Positions 13,421 through 25,400 of a DNA stretch of 64,000 bases are shown piece after piece. The stretch comes from Cenococcum geophilum. Its lineage: Eukaryota. The notes beneath the pieces were generated by a model, which was not told the DNA's origin, did no database searches, and saw only the letters and a program-made list of their open reading frames with translations. Where the stretch lies: contig CP158635.1 of NCBI GenBank assembly GCA_050273025.1, positions 13,826,001 through 13,890,000 of the forward strand, in the 5' to 3' direction. Each line of letters starts with the position of its first letter. The first letter of the stretch is position 1. The position numbers and the translations under genes were made by a program.

Positions 13421-14105
13421 TACTAGTTATATAGTTTATATATAATACAACACCTTAAAAAGGAATAGGTATATTACTATTTAAGGCGAATTACGGATAT
13501 AAGCTAAGGATATTATTATTACTATGGTAAGCAAAGAAAATAAGTAGCATAGCTAAAGAAAGAATAAAGACGTTAATAAATCTTTATATAGACCTTATAG
13601 AATTAATAAAAAAAGTATAAGAGAGAATAAAAAAGTACTATAATGTTAAAAGATCTAAGGGACTAGATCTTAAGGAGGGAGATAAAGTATGGCTACTATA
13701 CAAAAATTTTAAGAGTCGACGACTAAGTAAGAAGTTAGACTATGTCAGACTAGGACCTTTTAAAATTAAGCAGAGAATTTTACTAATTATATTTAAGTTA
13801 AACCTACTAGCTAAAATAAAGATCTACCCTATATAGTATATTATAATACTAGAGCTAGTATATAAGAATATTAAGCTACTAGTCTATAAAGCAGACATGT
13901 ATAGAGGACAGGAAGAAGACAAATAGTAAGTTTTAAAGATCGTTAATTATAAGGACATTGACGATAAAATATAGATAAGGTAAAGTGGATAGGCTATACT
14001 AAGACTACCTAGGAACTACTAGAAAATTTAAAGAACGCTATAGGAAAGGTATAGGAGTATTAGAAGAAATTAGGTTAGGTAGTATTAATAAAAAAGGATC
14101 GCTAA
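13421..14105 (+). pseudogene. Gypsy-1 pol C-terminus: integrase end, GPF/Y region and chromodomain
   Basis: Resumes the integrase interrupted at 3801. LGPFKI ~13750, and KWIGYTKTT*ELLENLKNA (chromodomain) ~13983-14040. Confidence 0.88.
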
Positions 14106-14109
14106 AAAA

Positions 14110-14698
14110 TAAGTCACCTAAGGGGGACCCAAGAAGAGTAGTTGCTGAACTACTTAGATCTATTTCCTTTTCGGTTAAAAGAGAATCCGTTCTTTTATTA
14201 CCAAGTTCCTATAGACCCTGTTTTATAAGTTTCTACTCCTTAAAACGGACCTTCTTAAGATAAATTAGTTGAGTAGACGCCGCTAAACGAGACTTAAGGG
14301 CCCGTTGCTGAGTATCAGTAGCCTCCCGTTTAGCGTCCTAAGAATGGCGTAACTTAGCAAGAGTAACAGACAGTTTATTATCTAGCTGCGCAGCAGTAGA
14401 TTAAATACAAGACCTTAAGATAAATTAATTAGGGAACTAGACAACTATTAAGAGTAATAGGTCGCGTATATTTAGTATTAGAGATAAAGCGAACATTATA
14501 AGATAAACGAATATTCGCTTTAGTGCACTCTAAGCAAGAGGACGGTTATCGCGAAGACAGGTTCGCCAACGTAATATAAACTAACTCCTCTTTTAAACAG
14601 CGAGAACACGGAGATAGTATAATCTTACTAAGAGATAATATCGCAGCAATAGTGCGAGAACGACGAGCAGTCGAGGAAGAAGAAATTGCTTTAGGTAT
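14110..14698 (-). pseudogene. Antisense accessory ORF of Gypsy-1: Zn(II)2Cys6-like cluster plus coiled coil, probable intron
   Basis: Minus strand reads PKAISSSSTARRSRT...PCSRCLKEELVY(C)ITLANLSSR*PSSCLECTKANIRLSY(C)NV. A frame change at ~14415-14470 is followed by AQLDNKLSVTLAKLRHS...EATDTQQRALKSRLAA. The 3' end is approximate. Confidence 0.65.
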
Positions 14699-14806
14699 AA
14701 TAAGCAATAATATTAACCAAATTAATTAGACGGATATTATACCTCTAGTAAACAACCTAGAGATATTTATGATCTTTAAGGACGAAGATAAAGAGGAGGG
14801 AGATAG

Positions 14807-15232
14807 TGTTACGGACGCTTTAAGTACAATATTATAACTACTTAAAGAAGAGTTAAAAGAAGCTAGTTGGTTAATTTAGGCACGGTCCAAAATGGAGCCG
14901 GTAGAGCTATATAACGAAGAATGGTAACTAAGGTTATATAACGTGATCTATATAATCTATAGGATCTGCGTAATCCGTAATAAAGCAGATAGAGTATACG
15001 TATATTACGTATAAGAAGGATTTTATAGGAGTACGGTTGTGTATTTAAGGACCCTTAGTCCCTACCTAGATAGTTCCTTCCTTATAGTAATTCTTAGAAT
15101 ATAATTGGAGTTAATCTGTTAGGCAACTACTCCACTAGTTATTATTACGTTGTTAACTTCTATACTTGTATTACCTACATACCTAGCCTAATAACAAGCC
15201 TATTATAGTTCTTGCTATAAGGTTCCGTTACA
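14807..15232 (+). repeat. Gypsy-1 3' LTR (426 bp)
   Basis: Starts TGTTACGG directly after the PPT and ends CCGTTACA, where the ORF1-only element resumes. Confidence 0.88.
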
Positions 15233-16010
15233 TTTCTTCTTTTATAAAGGGATTTTTTCCTACTAGGATTCTCCGTATATAGTTCCCTATCCGCTTAACT
15301 TATTCTTTTTCTTCTTTTTCTTTTTCTTTTAGCCCTTTATAGGCCTAGACTAGGCTATCTAAAGCCTTTTATAGGTGTTGTTTTGGAAAAAGGAGAGGGA
15401 GAGGTATACTAGGTATACTAGTAGGTATACTATCCGCAATAGTAGTTGGTTTTATTGTCTTTTTTTATAGGTTTTTGGTTTTCTTTTTTAGGAGAAGACT
15501 AAGGATGTCCTTTTTTTTCTCCTGTTTTAAACTGGCCAGGAGTAGAAGAGGGGGGAGAAAAAGTAAATATAGACTCTTTATCACTTATTTCTATAGGAGG
15601 TTTTTTTAGACTTATAAGTCTTTAGCATTTTATATCTTATAGGGGGGTTTTCTAGTTTTTACTATCCTTATACCCTTTCTCCTTACTAATCTTACTAAAA
15701 GATTTCTGGGGAGATTAGGCTAAAAGGTAGTAGAAAAGCTAGCTCCTATTTTGTATTTTTGGTATTAGTAGTAGTAGTAGTAGTTTTAGTGTTCCTGTCC
15801 GTGCCTCGCTTATAAGCTAGGACCACCCCTAAGAAGAATTTTCTGTTAGGGGAAAGGGGGTAAAACGACAAATAAATCCACCTCTGGCTCGCTAGGTAGT
15901 AGGAATTAAGTCTTAAAAGTTGGAAAATCGATTGTTTTTAATAGTAAGATGGGTATGCGTAAGTTTTGAAGTGTGACGCTACCTTTTAGTAAGGTTGTAT
16001 GTGCGGTAAA
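15233..16010 (-). mobile_element. ORF1-only non-LTR element, copy 3 (5' part; host of Gypsy-1)
   Basis: Homologous to 5140-5905 and cut precisely by the Gypsy-1 LTR end. Confidence 0.85.
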
Positions 16011-17189
16011 GGGTTCCTTAAGCTATTTATAATGGCTAGAATTACTAAATCAAACCTAGTAAAGAAGACTACGTTGCCCAATTTGCCCAATTCTAATTTA
16101 TTATTTTATTATCACGCCCGACGACCCTAAGTCGTAGTAGCCGTACCCCTTCTACCGCCCTCTTCTTACTATAGCTAGGGTACCTAAACTAATAAGCTAG
16201 CTTTAAATAATAATTAAGGACTGCTAGTATATATAGATTTGCTTTGTAAAAGGGTATAAGCTTTAGATAGAGCCTTATATAGAGCTTTAATAGAGTATTA
16301 TATAGAGCTAGTAGAGCCTTATATAAAGCTTCTATAGAGCTTTATATAAAGTGTTACTAAATTCTACTAAATTTTACTAGGTTAATAAGTTCTGCTAAAT
16401 TTTACTAGGTTGCTAGAGTTCTGCCAACTTCTACTAAGTTACTATCTACAAAATTCTACTATATTCTACTATCCCTATAGTATTTATCCTCCGCCTCTTA
16501 AAGCACTTCCTAGCCTCCTCTCTTTACCCTAGCCAGCTCTCTAGCAAATAAAAGGTATAGTAAGAGGTTTATCTATATAAACTAGTCCGCAACTACCTTA
16601 GTATTACAGCTTAAATAAATGCCTCTAAACCGAAGCTTGAATAAATGCTGTATTACGAAGATACTAAGCTAAAGAGAAGGAAAAGGGGTTGCTAGGGCCG
16701 ATGTAAACAAATATATAGGGTGAGCCGCCAAGGCGCTAGCTTTAGGCGGGCTAATCACAGGTCGGCAGAATATGGCAGGATTTGGCAGGTAACGTGCGAT
16801 AGCGCCGTTACATTACCCCCCTCTTTAAAAGAAAGCCTGCCCTTAGGCTTAGTTAGAAATAGGGTAGCACTAGGCTTATAAACGTAAGATTATAAAAATA
16901 TAAGATAAGGAGATAAAGGGGACACGAGTCCGTCCTAACTAAGTATAAAGGGCGATTGTAGGCTAAGTAGAAGCACTAGGCTAGAAAGAGTAGCCGCTAA
17001 AAGTCTTAGCATAGATTTAACTAATTAGACAACTCTAACCGGCGGTCAAAGTTCCTAGACATCTAAAATTTTATAGTACTGGCAGAAAACGGCAGAATAT
17101 GGCAGAATTTGGCAGACAGTTATATTAGGGCTTTAGGGCGTTTTTGTCCCTATGTTCTTCCGGTAACTTATCGTCTTTATTATACTAGC

Positions 17190-17868
17190 GCATAGTTAAC
17201 GCCATAGGGGGTAAATACTTAAGGGCTCCGTAAAGGCCTAACAAAGGCAGAAAATACAATGGCAACACTTATAAGAACAGGAGTAATAGGACTAAAAGAT
17301 TGGCTCTACTGGGTGGGTATCCCAGTAGGTAGCCCGAGATGCGAATGTGGCTGGCCAAGACAGACACCAAAACACGTAATACTGTTATGCCCCTAACGCA
17401 CCAACTAAGAGGCAATGCTCTCAGTAGCTGGCACAGAGAACTATAATACACTGCTCTCAACACAAAAAGGTCTTAAGGCGGTCACCCAGTGGCTTATTAG
17501 CCAAAGTGTGCTAAATCAGTTCCGGGTTGCAAAGGAAATGGTAATAGAAGGTAAAGGGGCGAGCAGCAGGCGCCCCCTGATAACTCTATAGTGGTAGAGT
17601 AAAGTGTGTGATACTAGCGCGCCCGTAGGCTTGTTACGGCAGCAGTAGTTCCTAAGGAGGTCAAAAAGTAAGGTAGTAGAGCACTATAGGCGACTTACAG
17701 GCGACTTACAGGCGCTAAGTTGTTGAGTCCCAAAAGGCGGGGAGATGGATTACGGGGTTTTCTCATTTTCTTAAATAGAGTTTTCTCCCCACATGTAAAT
17801 AAGGAGTAGTCCGCGTGGGCCCAACAGGGATCCGTATCGGACGTTAAGCAATAAATTATTATTATTAT
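17190..17868 (+). mobile_element. 5'-truncated LINE-B insertion (ORF2 C-terminus, 3' UTR, (ATT)n tail)
   Basis: Homologous to 35162-35840. Reads RCECGWPRQTPKHVILLCP. TSD TATACTAGC at 17181-17189 and 17869-17877. Confidence 0.92.
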
Positions 17869-19266
17869 TATACTAGCATTCCATCTATTCGTCTAGGTAC
17901 TTTAGGGGTCTAGGCGCATTAGGGTATTAGTTATAGAATTCTTTAAGCTTTTAGGGGCAGCCTATAAAGTTCCATATAGGGTACTAGGTTGGGTTAGGAT
18001 CGTAGCCCTTCTATTAGACACGGTATTTTAGCGCTCCCTATACTATCTTATAGGCTAGTATTTTGTTAACCTCCTATTTGTTGTCACCGTTTACTTAAAC
18101 TAATAGGGGAGGCTTGTTCTTTTGTTTAGGTAATAGGTCGTTCGCAGCTTTCCGTAACTTATCTGGCGAGAAAATAGGGTGAACCCTAATTAAGTTTAGG
18201 AGCTTTATCTTATACGAGTTACCTATCTTCTTAAGAACCTTATACGGTCCTACCATCTAGTAGTCTAGCTTATAGCTAGGTTGTTCAGTCCTTTAATTCC
18301 TTATTATAACCTAGACTATATTGCTAGGGGCAAAATCGGGCTCTTAACGGTGTTTATTCGCCTGCTGTTCCATTAACCTTTAAGCTTTTTTTAGGTTCTT
18401 GCGGGCTACCGTCTAGGCCTCCTCCAATCGTTTGGCGTACTATTAGGCCTTAGCATAGAATAGCTTCTCTTATACAGTCTAGGGTTCTTCTAGCCTTTTT
18501 TAGTTAAAGCTTATACGGGGTAAGTATCCCATTTCTAGCTAAATCGGGGTAAACCCTATAGAGTTATAGGGTAGGGTTGCTTGCGCGTAGTCTATTAAGG
18601 GTAGTAGTTTAGACTAGTTATCCTAGAAATAGTTAATAAAGGGCCTAAGCCTTTAGTCTAGGTACTAATTTACAATTTCTATCTAACCGTCTGTCTAGGG
18701 GTAATAAGCCGTAGAAAGCTTTAGCTTAATACCTAGAATCTAGGTAAACTTATTCTAGAAGACTAATATAAACTATAGCCTATAATCGGACATAATAGTA
18801 TCTAGTAGTCTATAGATTTGGTAGATATAATAGATATATAGCTGGGCTACCTCTTTAGCATTAATATTCTTGTGACATGGAATTAAGAACAGGCGTTTAC
18901 TAAAGTAGTTAACTATAATTATAACTATAGAAGATAATCGATAACTAGGAGCTCTTACTGCACCCGGCCCAAAAAGACCAAAACCAACCAAAAGAACCCT
19001 AAAAAACACCTAGAGAATCCCCCTAAGATATATACATCGCAGAGAAGGCACACGTCAAACGACGGTGGCTCGCACTCGCGCGCGACCGCTAGAACTACGC
19101 CTAGCAATGGCCCTCTACAATAAAGACGGGCGAATACTACACCATAAAGCGGAAATACCTCTATTAAGAAGGCATCTAATAAAATATAAAGCCTATTAGA
19201 CGCGTCTAGTATCTAAAATTATAGGGGAGTAACTGTTAGCTATAACAAACTAATATAGCTAGTAAA

Positions 19267-20675
19267 ATGGCTCTGCTAGTTTAGTAAACCTTAGGCGCCC
19301 CTCTAGCAAACCCTTAATTAAATCCTCTAATGGCTAAGCAAAATTAAAAATAAGTATAACCCCCCCTTACCGGTGAACCGCACCTGGGCTGCCGTAGCTG
19401 CGCTTTTACAGCATAGGGAACCTACTCCCCTTAAATTAATAACTGGGTATATAATTATAATATAACCAAATATAGAATAAGCAGAGGGGCTTAGGGGATA
19501 ATTAGAAATAGAAGTCCTTATAAAGATACGTAAAGAGGTCTATAACGCTGTTATAGTCTAATACCTTAAGAGCGAAGATATTAGAGTTACCTTAAAGGAC
19601 TAATAGGCAAAGGAACAAGCCATAAGGGTAGGGGATAGGCTAGGAGAACGTATTGGCATAAAAGTACTCCGTAAGGATTACCTAGTTAAGGTCCCAGCGG
19701 TTCCTATAAGCCTTAGGGTAGAAAAGGGACGCTAGGCGGATAATATAGCAATTATATAGGAGATAGTAAGACAAACGGAACGCCTTATACTAGAACTCGA
19801 AATCACCTAAATCTAATAGCTTTAATAGGAAAATATAAACTAAGTATATAACGAAAATAATAAGAGGATATAAGGGTCGCCGGAGACTTGCTAGGGAGAC
19901 GCTAGACGAACGTATAGCTCCCTTATTATCAGCATACATATACCAGGAATGCAAAAACTCCTTATTTAAAAAGGAATAATTATAAATAGCCTTATATATA
20001 ATATAAGGCTCTATAACTATAGACTATACCTAGAATAATACTATTGTTATATATAATAGGGATATACCTAATCTATATGCGCAGTATAGGTGTGCTGCGG
20101 CCACTATATAGGCCCCTATAATACGAGATATTGCTTAAATTAAGACTAAATAAAATACGCGAACTGCTACTAAAGCACATATAAGGCGTAGGAGAGAGAA
20201 GACTGCATTAAATACAGGAGACGGAAGGTAAGGGCTTAACAGCTGCGGGAATAACTGCACGCTAGATTATATAAATGGAAATAATAGGCAATAAGCTAGG
20301 GGGACGCAGGCGCCTTCCTAGCGTTTCCTACCTTTAATACTGGAGGGCTAGGCCAGCCATCCCAAGCCTTAACGGGCTAGAAGCGACGCCGTATAATATT
20401 ACTAGACTAATTAGGGATATAAGGGTTATAGGGGACACAAGGGAGAGGACGCCCCGTAGGAAGACCCCTATGGACAGCGATAGCAGGCTTAAGACCAGGA
20501 CAATTAAGAATTAGACTTAATGCGGTAAATATAATATTTATAGCCGACCTATAAAGGGTATATAGCCAACTAGTAAGAATAGGGGAAGAACCGGTAATAA
20601 TAATAGATTTAGATATAGAAGCGCTAATAGAAATATAAAATATGGGAATAGAAAGCTCTATATAAAATAAGTAGT
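19267..20675 (+). pseudogene. LINE-B ORF1 (gag-like, zinc knuckles), RIP-inactivated
   Basis: ATG at 19267, RTWAAVAA motif ~19380, degenerate CCHC knuckles ~20040-20210. The end is approximate. Confidence 0.75.
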
Positions 20676-22408
20676 AACTAAGGTATAAACACAAGAGACA
20701 GAAGCTTTAAATATCCTAAAGAAAATGGAAATAGAAGAAGCGAGAAATGAAGGAGAGTTGAAGGACCCTCGCCGGGGGTCCGCCACCTATCTATTATATA
20801 GTATAACTACAGCAATATAAACCACCGCCTCGCAAGGCCCCTACTAGATAGTCTAGACCTAGAGAAACACTATATTCTTACTATATAAGAACCGTATTAT
20901 AATACTTTTATATAATCGATATACTGCCCCTAAGGATTCCAGCTCCTATATAAACTAAAAGCAGCTATACGCGTGTACTTTATAATTAGTAAGGCTATTA
21001 GCCTGTCCTTATAGTTATAGCAGGCAGTTAACCTAGATATTATAGTTATAATAATCCAAACATATAGGGGACCGGTATAAATTATTAATGTATATAACCC
21101 TAGGGTTAAAGGGGTCCTATAAACAGAGAATATTATATTGGTAATAAGCTTACTAGAAACTAAAGGTATAGAGTTTATCCTACTAGGAGATATAAACCTC
21201 TACTACCCGCGGTAGGGGGGTATCCATATTGCTGTAGATTAACAGTTAGAGTGCCTACTAAAAGCTATGGATATCTGGGGCCTTAAGCTAGCTACCCCCC
21301 TAGGAGCAATTATATGGCAATAAGGCACCGCTAGAAGTATAATTAACCTCATATTTATGGACGAAGGCCTATACTAGAGACTTAAAAGGTATAACCCCGA
21401 AGAAGAATAGGCACTTACCCTAGACTATATCCCTATTTAGATACAGCTAGACCTAGATACTAAAGCGTAACTAAATAGAAAAAGATACGCAATAAGGAAG
21501 CTTAAGATAGACAGTTTCCTTAATGTAGTTAAATAATAACTCTAAAACCTAAAAGAAATCCACCTAATACTAAATAAGCGAGGCTTATTGGCCACCCCTA
21601 AGGAAATTAACCGAAGACTAGAAAGGATCTAGGCAGCGATTAAAAATAGGCTAGAAGAGCACTGCCCGATCTTAAAACCGGGCCCCTACGCATAATACGC
21701 ATGGTCCATATAATGCGCAGTTTTAGTTACCAGCTAATAATAAGTAAGAAGGAAATATATAAGTAGCCACGACCTTAAAAACAAGAGATAATATAAAGAT
21801 ATAAGAAACTAGCTAAAGAATACCCTAAAAAAAGAAGCAAGGAATAACTGGAGACGGTTTATAAATAAGTATACTTCTAACCTGAGCCTCCCCTATAATA
21901 AGGGCCTTTAGGCTATAGTAAAATAGGTAAAGAAAAAGGCAGGGCGCCTAGTAGAAGACCTATACCTACTACCCCTATAAAGAGCAGGAGAATTATAGGC
22001 TATAAACGACAATAATAAGAAGGTAAAGATCCTTATAGAAAGGTTCTTCCCCTAACCGGCTCTAGTAGACCTTAGTAATATCACGGGCGAAACACCGGTG
22101 ACTTGCCTATGGGTCGACAGCGATATAACAATAGAGGAAATAGCTAGAACCATTAGCCGCCTTTTAAACAATATAGCACTAGGACCAGATAGGATTCTAA
22201 ATAAGGCCCTAAAAACCTGTGGGCCACTTATAGCACCTTAGCTTGCAGATGTAGCTAGAGTATGCTTTGCTATAGGCTACTACCCGCGACTTAGAAGATC
22301 TATAACAACGGTTGTTCTACAAAAAGAAGGTAAAGCAGATTACTTAATCCCAGGAAGCTACCGCCCTATTGCCTTAGAAAACACCCTTAGCAAGATCTTA
22401 AAAAGGGT

Positions 22409-25400
22409 TATTAAAATAGGTATAGTTTAATGATTATTTTTATTAAGCATATATATCTAAGAGGGTAGGGAAGCAACAATTATATAGAAGAGTGTTAGAG
22501 GTTCCACCTAACAAGAAGTAATATACGCTAACTAGAACCCACTTTAACAGCCCCCCTTAAGCTAAATATAGGTAACAATATAAAGGTTATAAGAGACGTT
22601 AATATCTCTCTAAACCTAAAGTATTTCTAAATGCATAGAATACATCTTTTGGCAGCGCCTTAGTGAAACTATTAGCCATTTATCGACTTGTTTGTATATA
22701 TTCTAGCTTAATATCTCCGTTTATAACCTTCTCCTAAATAAAGTAATATCGGAGAGTAATATGCTTAGTTTAAGCGTAAAACTTAGGGTTTTTTGCAAGA
22801 GCAATAGCACCTTAATTATTAGTGTAAATGATTGTTGCGTAAGGGGATTTATTAGTTAGAGATAGTTCTTAAAGAAGTTGTTATAACTAAATGGCTTCTT
22901 TTACTGCAACTATTTATGCCATATACTCTGCTTTATAGGTTAAGAGTGCTACTATAAGTTGGCGCTTTAAGGACTAGCTAATTGCACTACTTCTAATATT
23001 AAACACAAATCCTAACGTTAATTTTTAAGTTTCTAAGTTATCTACCTAGCTAGAGTCTATAAACCCCCAAAGCGCTTATATCTTTCCTTAGAGGATAAAT
23101 TAGAGGTTAAGTATGCCACGTAAGTAGGAAAGTATTTAAAGAATAGCTTATATATAAGACTTATTGGGATTAAAAGCAAAGCGACTAATAAGGGAGACGG
23201 TAAAGGCGATATTAGGTTAAGTACTAAGTATAGCGTATATTAGGGTGCTAACTAGCGATTAATATTAAGTCTTAAATGTAGAGTTAGCCTAATAATCTAC
23301 TGCCGCTGGTTGAAGATAAGAGGTTCCTATTGGCGTAAGGTAAGGGGAACAGTTCTAAAGACTAGCGCTATAAATAGCCTCTTTAAGGTAAGAGAATTGG
23401 CTAAACCGTAGTTTACGGAGTTATTAATCTTAAGTTACTTTTATACTAAGGTAATAAGTAATAGGGCCTAGATTGGTTATACTAAAGCGTCTACTAAGTT
23501 AAGCTTTAATAATTTTAATATTAATAATATCTGGTCTAATAAGTAGGAGGTTGTTAATATAGACTGCGATATATATAGAACCTTTAGCGAAGACTAAAGA
23601 GTTAAAGTTAAGGAGTTTAAAACTAGCATCTATAAGAAACTTTAAGAGCGTTTAATGCTAAACTTAAGGCGACTGTTTAAGACTATAAAGTGCTTTATTT
23701 AAATAACAAACCCGTCTAGTTCTATTATTAAAACCTTTAGGTTAATTAACGTAGATCTCCTTCTTAACGCTTCTATAAAGGAAAGCGGTCTTAATATTTA
23801 TTTATTTAATCTTAAGGTCTTATATAGCTGTAATAGCAAAGAGCGCTTTATAGCTTATAGGTTTTATAACAGATGCGAAGGTCTTATTAAAGTTAACCCC
23901 AGCTTATTATTTATAACCCTTTACTACCCACCTTGCCTTATATTATATGATCCTTTCTTTACTATTCTGCTTATGCTTAAAAACCTATTAGGCGTTAAGA
24001 ACTTTATAATTAAAAGGTTAGTTAATAAGTATCTAGGTGTTATTTACTTTATAAGAGCTGATTTTATCTTTACTAGCGGAGTACTATTTATTATTATTAA
24101 CGTTAAGGGTAGATTGTTTCTATAACCTTAGCTTATAAGGTTTAGCTATAGGGGAGTTACTAAGTATAGCGTAGAGGTATTTAAAGAAAGGGGTTAAAAA
24201 GTAGGTAAGCGCTAAGAATGCTGCAATAGGCGGGTTTTCTCTAATATTAACAGAATTGCGATACTTAAGAGGTAGTTAAGGCCTATTAGTAGCTGTTAGA
24301 TATTTTAACTTCTATAGGGGTGTCTTATTAGTGGCAAGGCGCTTTAATTTTTAAGCTTTCTTAAGGAGCTGTTTCTCTTCTTAATGCTATTTATATTAGG
24401 TAGAGCTTCTTCTCCCTTAAACTAAGCGTTAATATTTAGAGTATCGGAGTTGTATTTAATATATTATTCTTAAATTTAACGCTTATTGCTACTAGGAACT
24501 GTTAAAACAGTCTTTTAAAAGTGGACAGCTAAGGTATATATAAGCCGTCCTATCTCTTTATTTTGAATTTAAATAATATATTTACCCTTAAAGCCAATAA
24601 GGTTCCTTAATCTTACCTTCTTATTTATATAAGAGCTAAACTTCTTCTAACTGCTGGCCCTGTACCAGATATTATACCTAAAGGTGCGAATCTAGGAGTA
24701 ATTAAAGACTTTGCCTTGCTCTATTTTATAGGGGGTTTATATTTCCGATGATTTAATAGGAAGAATATTTTATATAAAGTTAGCGTGCTTAACTGCTTCT
24801 AGCTAGAAGTTCTTAGAAAGTAAGCAATTATTTATAAAGGTAAAGGCTTAGTTATATATTGTGCGATTAAGTTATTCTAAGGCTCTATTTTATTGTTAAC
24901 TCTCTAGGGTCGAGTATAAGAACTAAATTCCCTTATTTGTAAGTTTTAGCTAAAAAGCATATCTAAGATATTCTCCTCCGCCATTACTATATAGCCGTAA
25001 GATAAGACTTCCTTATTATTTAACCTTCGCTTAATATTATCAAAAATAGAACGGGACTTTAGTCTTGTACTTTATTAGGTAGACTTTACTTATTTTATTA
25101 ACTCTATTTTAGAAAATAACAAAATATCTTAATCTATTATAGCTAGCTATTTTTATAGGTCCTTTAATATTAGAGAATATAACTTTATAAGGCTTAGTAT
25201 TATAGTTAATAAGAGAATCCTAATGTATAATATTATACATTCTGCTATATAGGTAGGCTTTATAGGTGCAGTTATAAAGGTCTAGTAAGTAAGTAAGGTT
25301 TATTCCTTTTAATATTCTTTAGAGCTTTTGTAAGTTCTAGGGGCTAATATAACCGAGCCTTTTATGCTATAACCTCTTAGCTAGGTTTTATAAGCTGCTA

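Larger units (their letters stand above)
1601..15232 (+). mobile_element. Gypsy-1 chromovirus LTR retrotransposon (3' half; interrupted at 3802-13420)
   Basis: Domain order RT-RNaseH-integrase-chromodomain, then PPT AAAGAGGAGGGAGATAG and a TGTTAC...GTTACA LTR. The 5' part lies upstream of the window. Confidence 0.92.

Noticed and set aside
17690..17712. GCGACTTAC motif shared by the LINE-B 3' UTR, element X and the TIR palindrome
   Set aside because: It is only 9 bp with few occurrences, and cannot be distinguished from chance without statistics.
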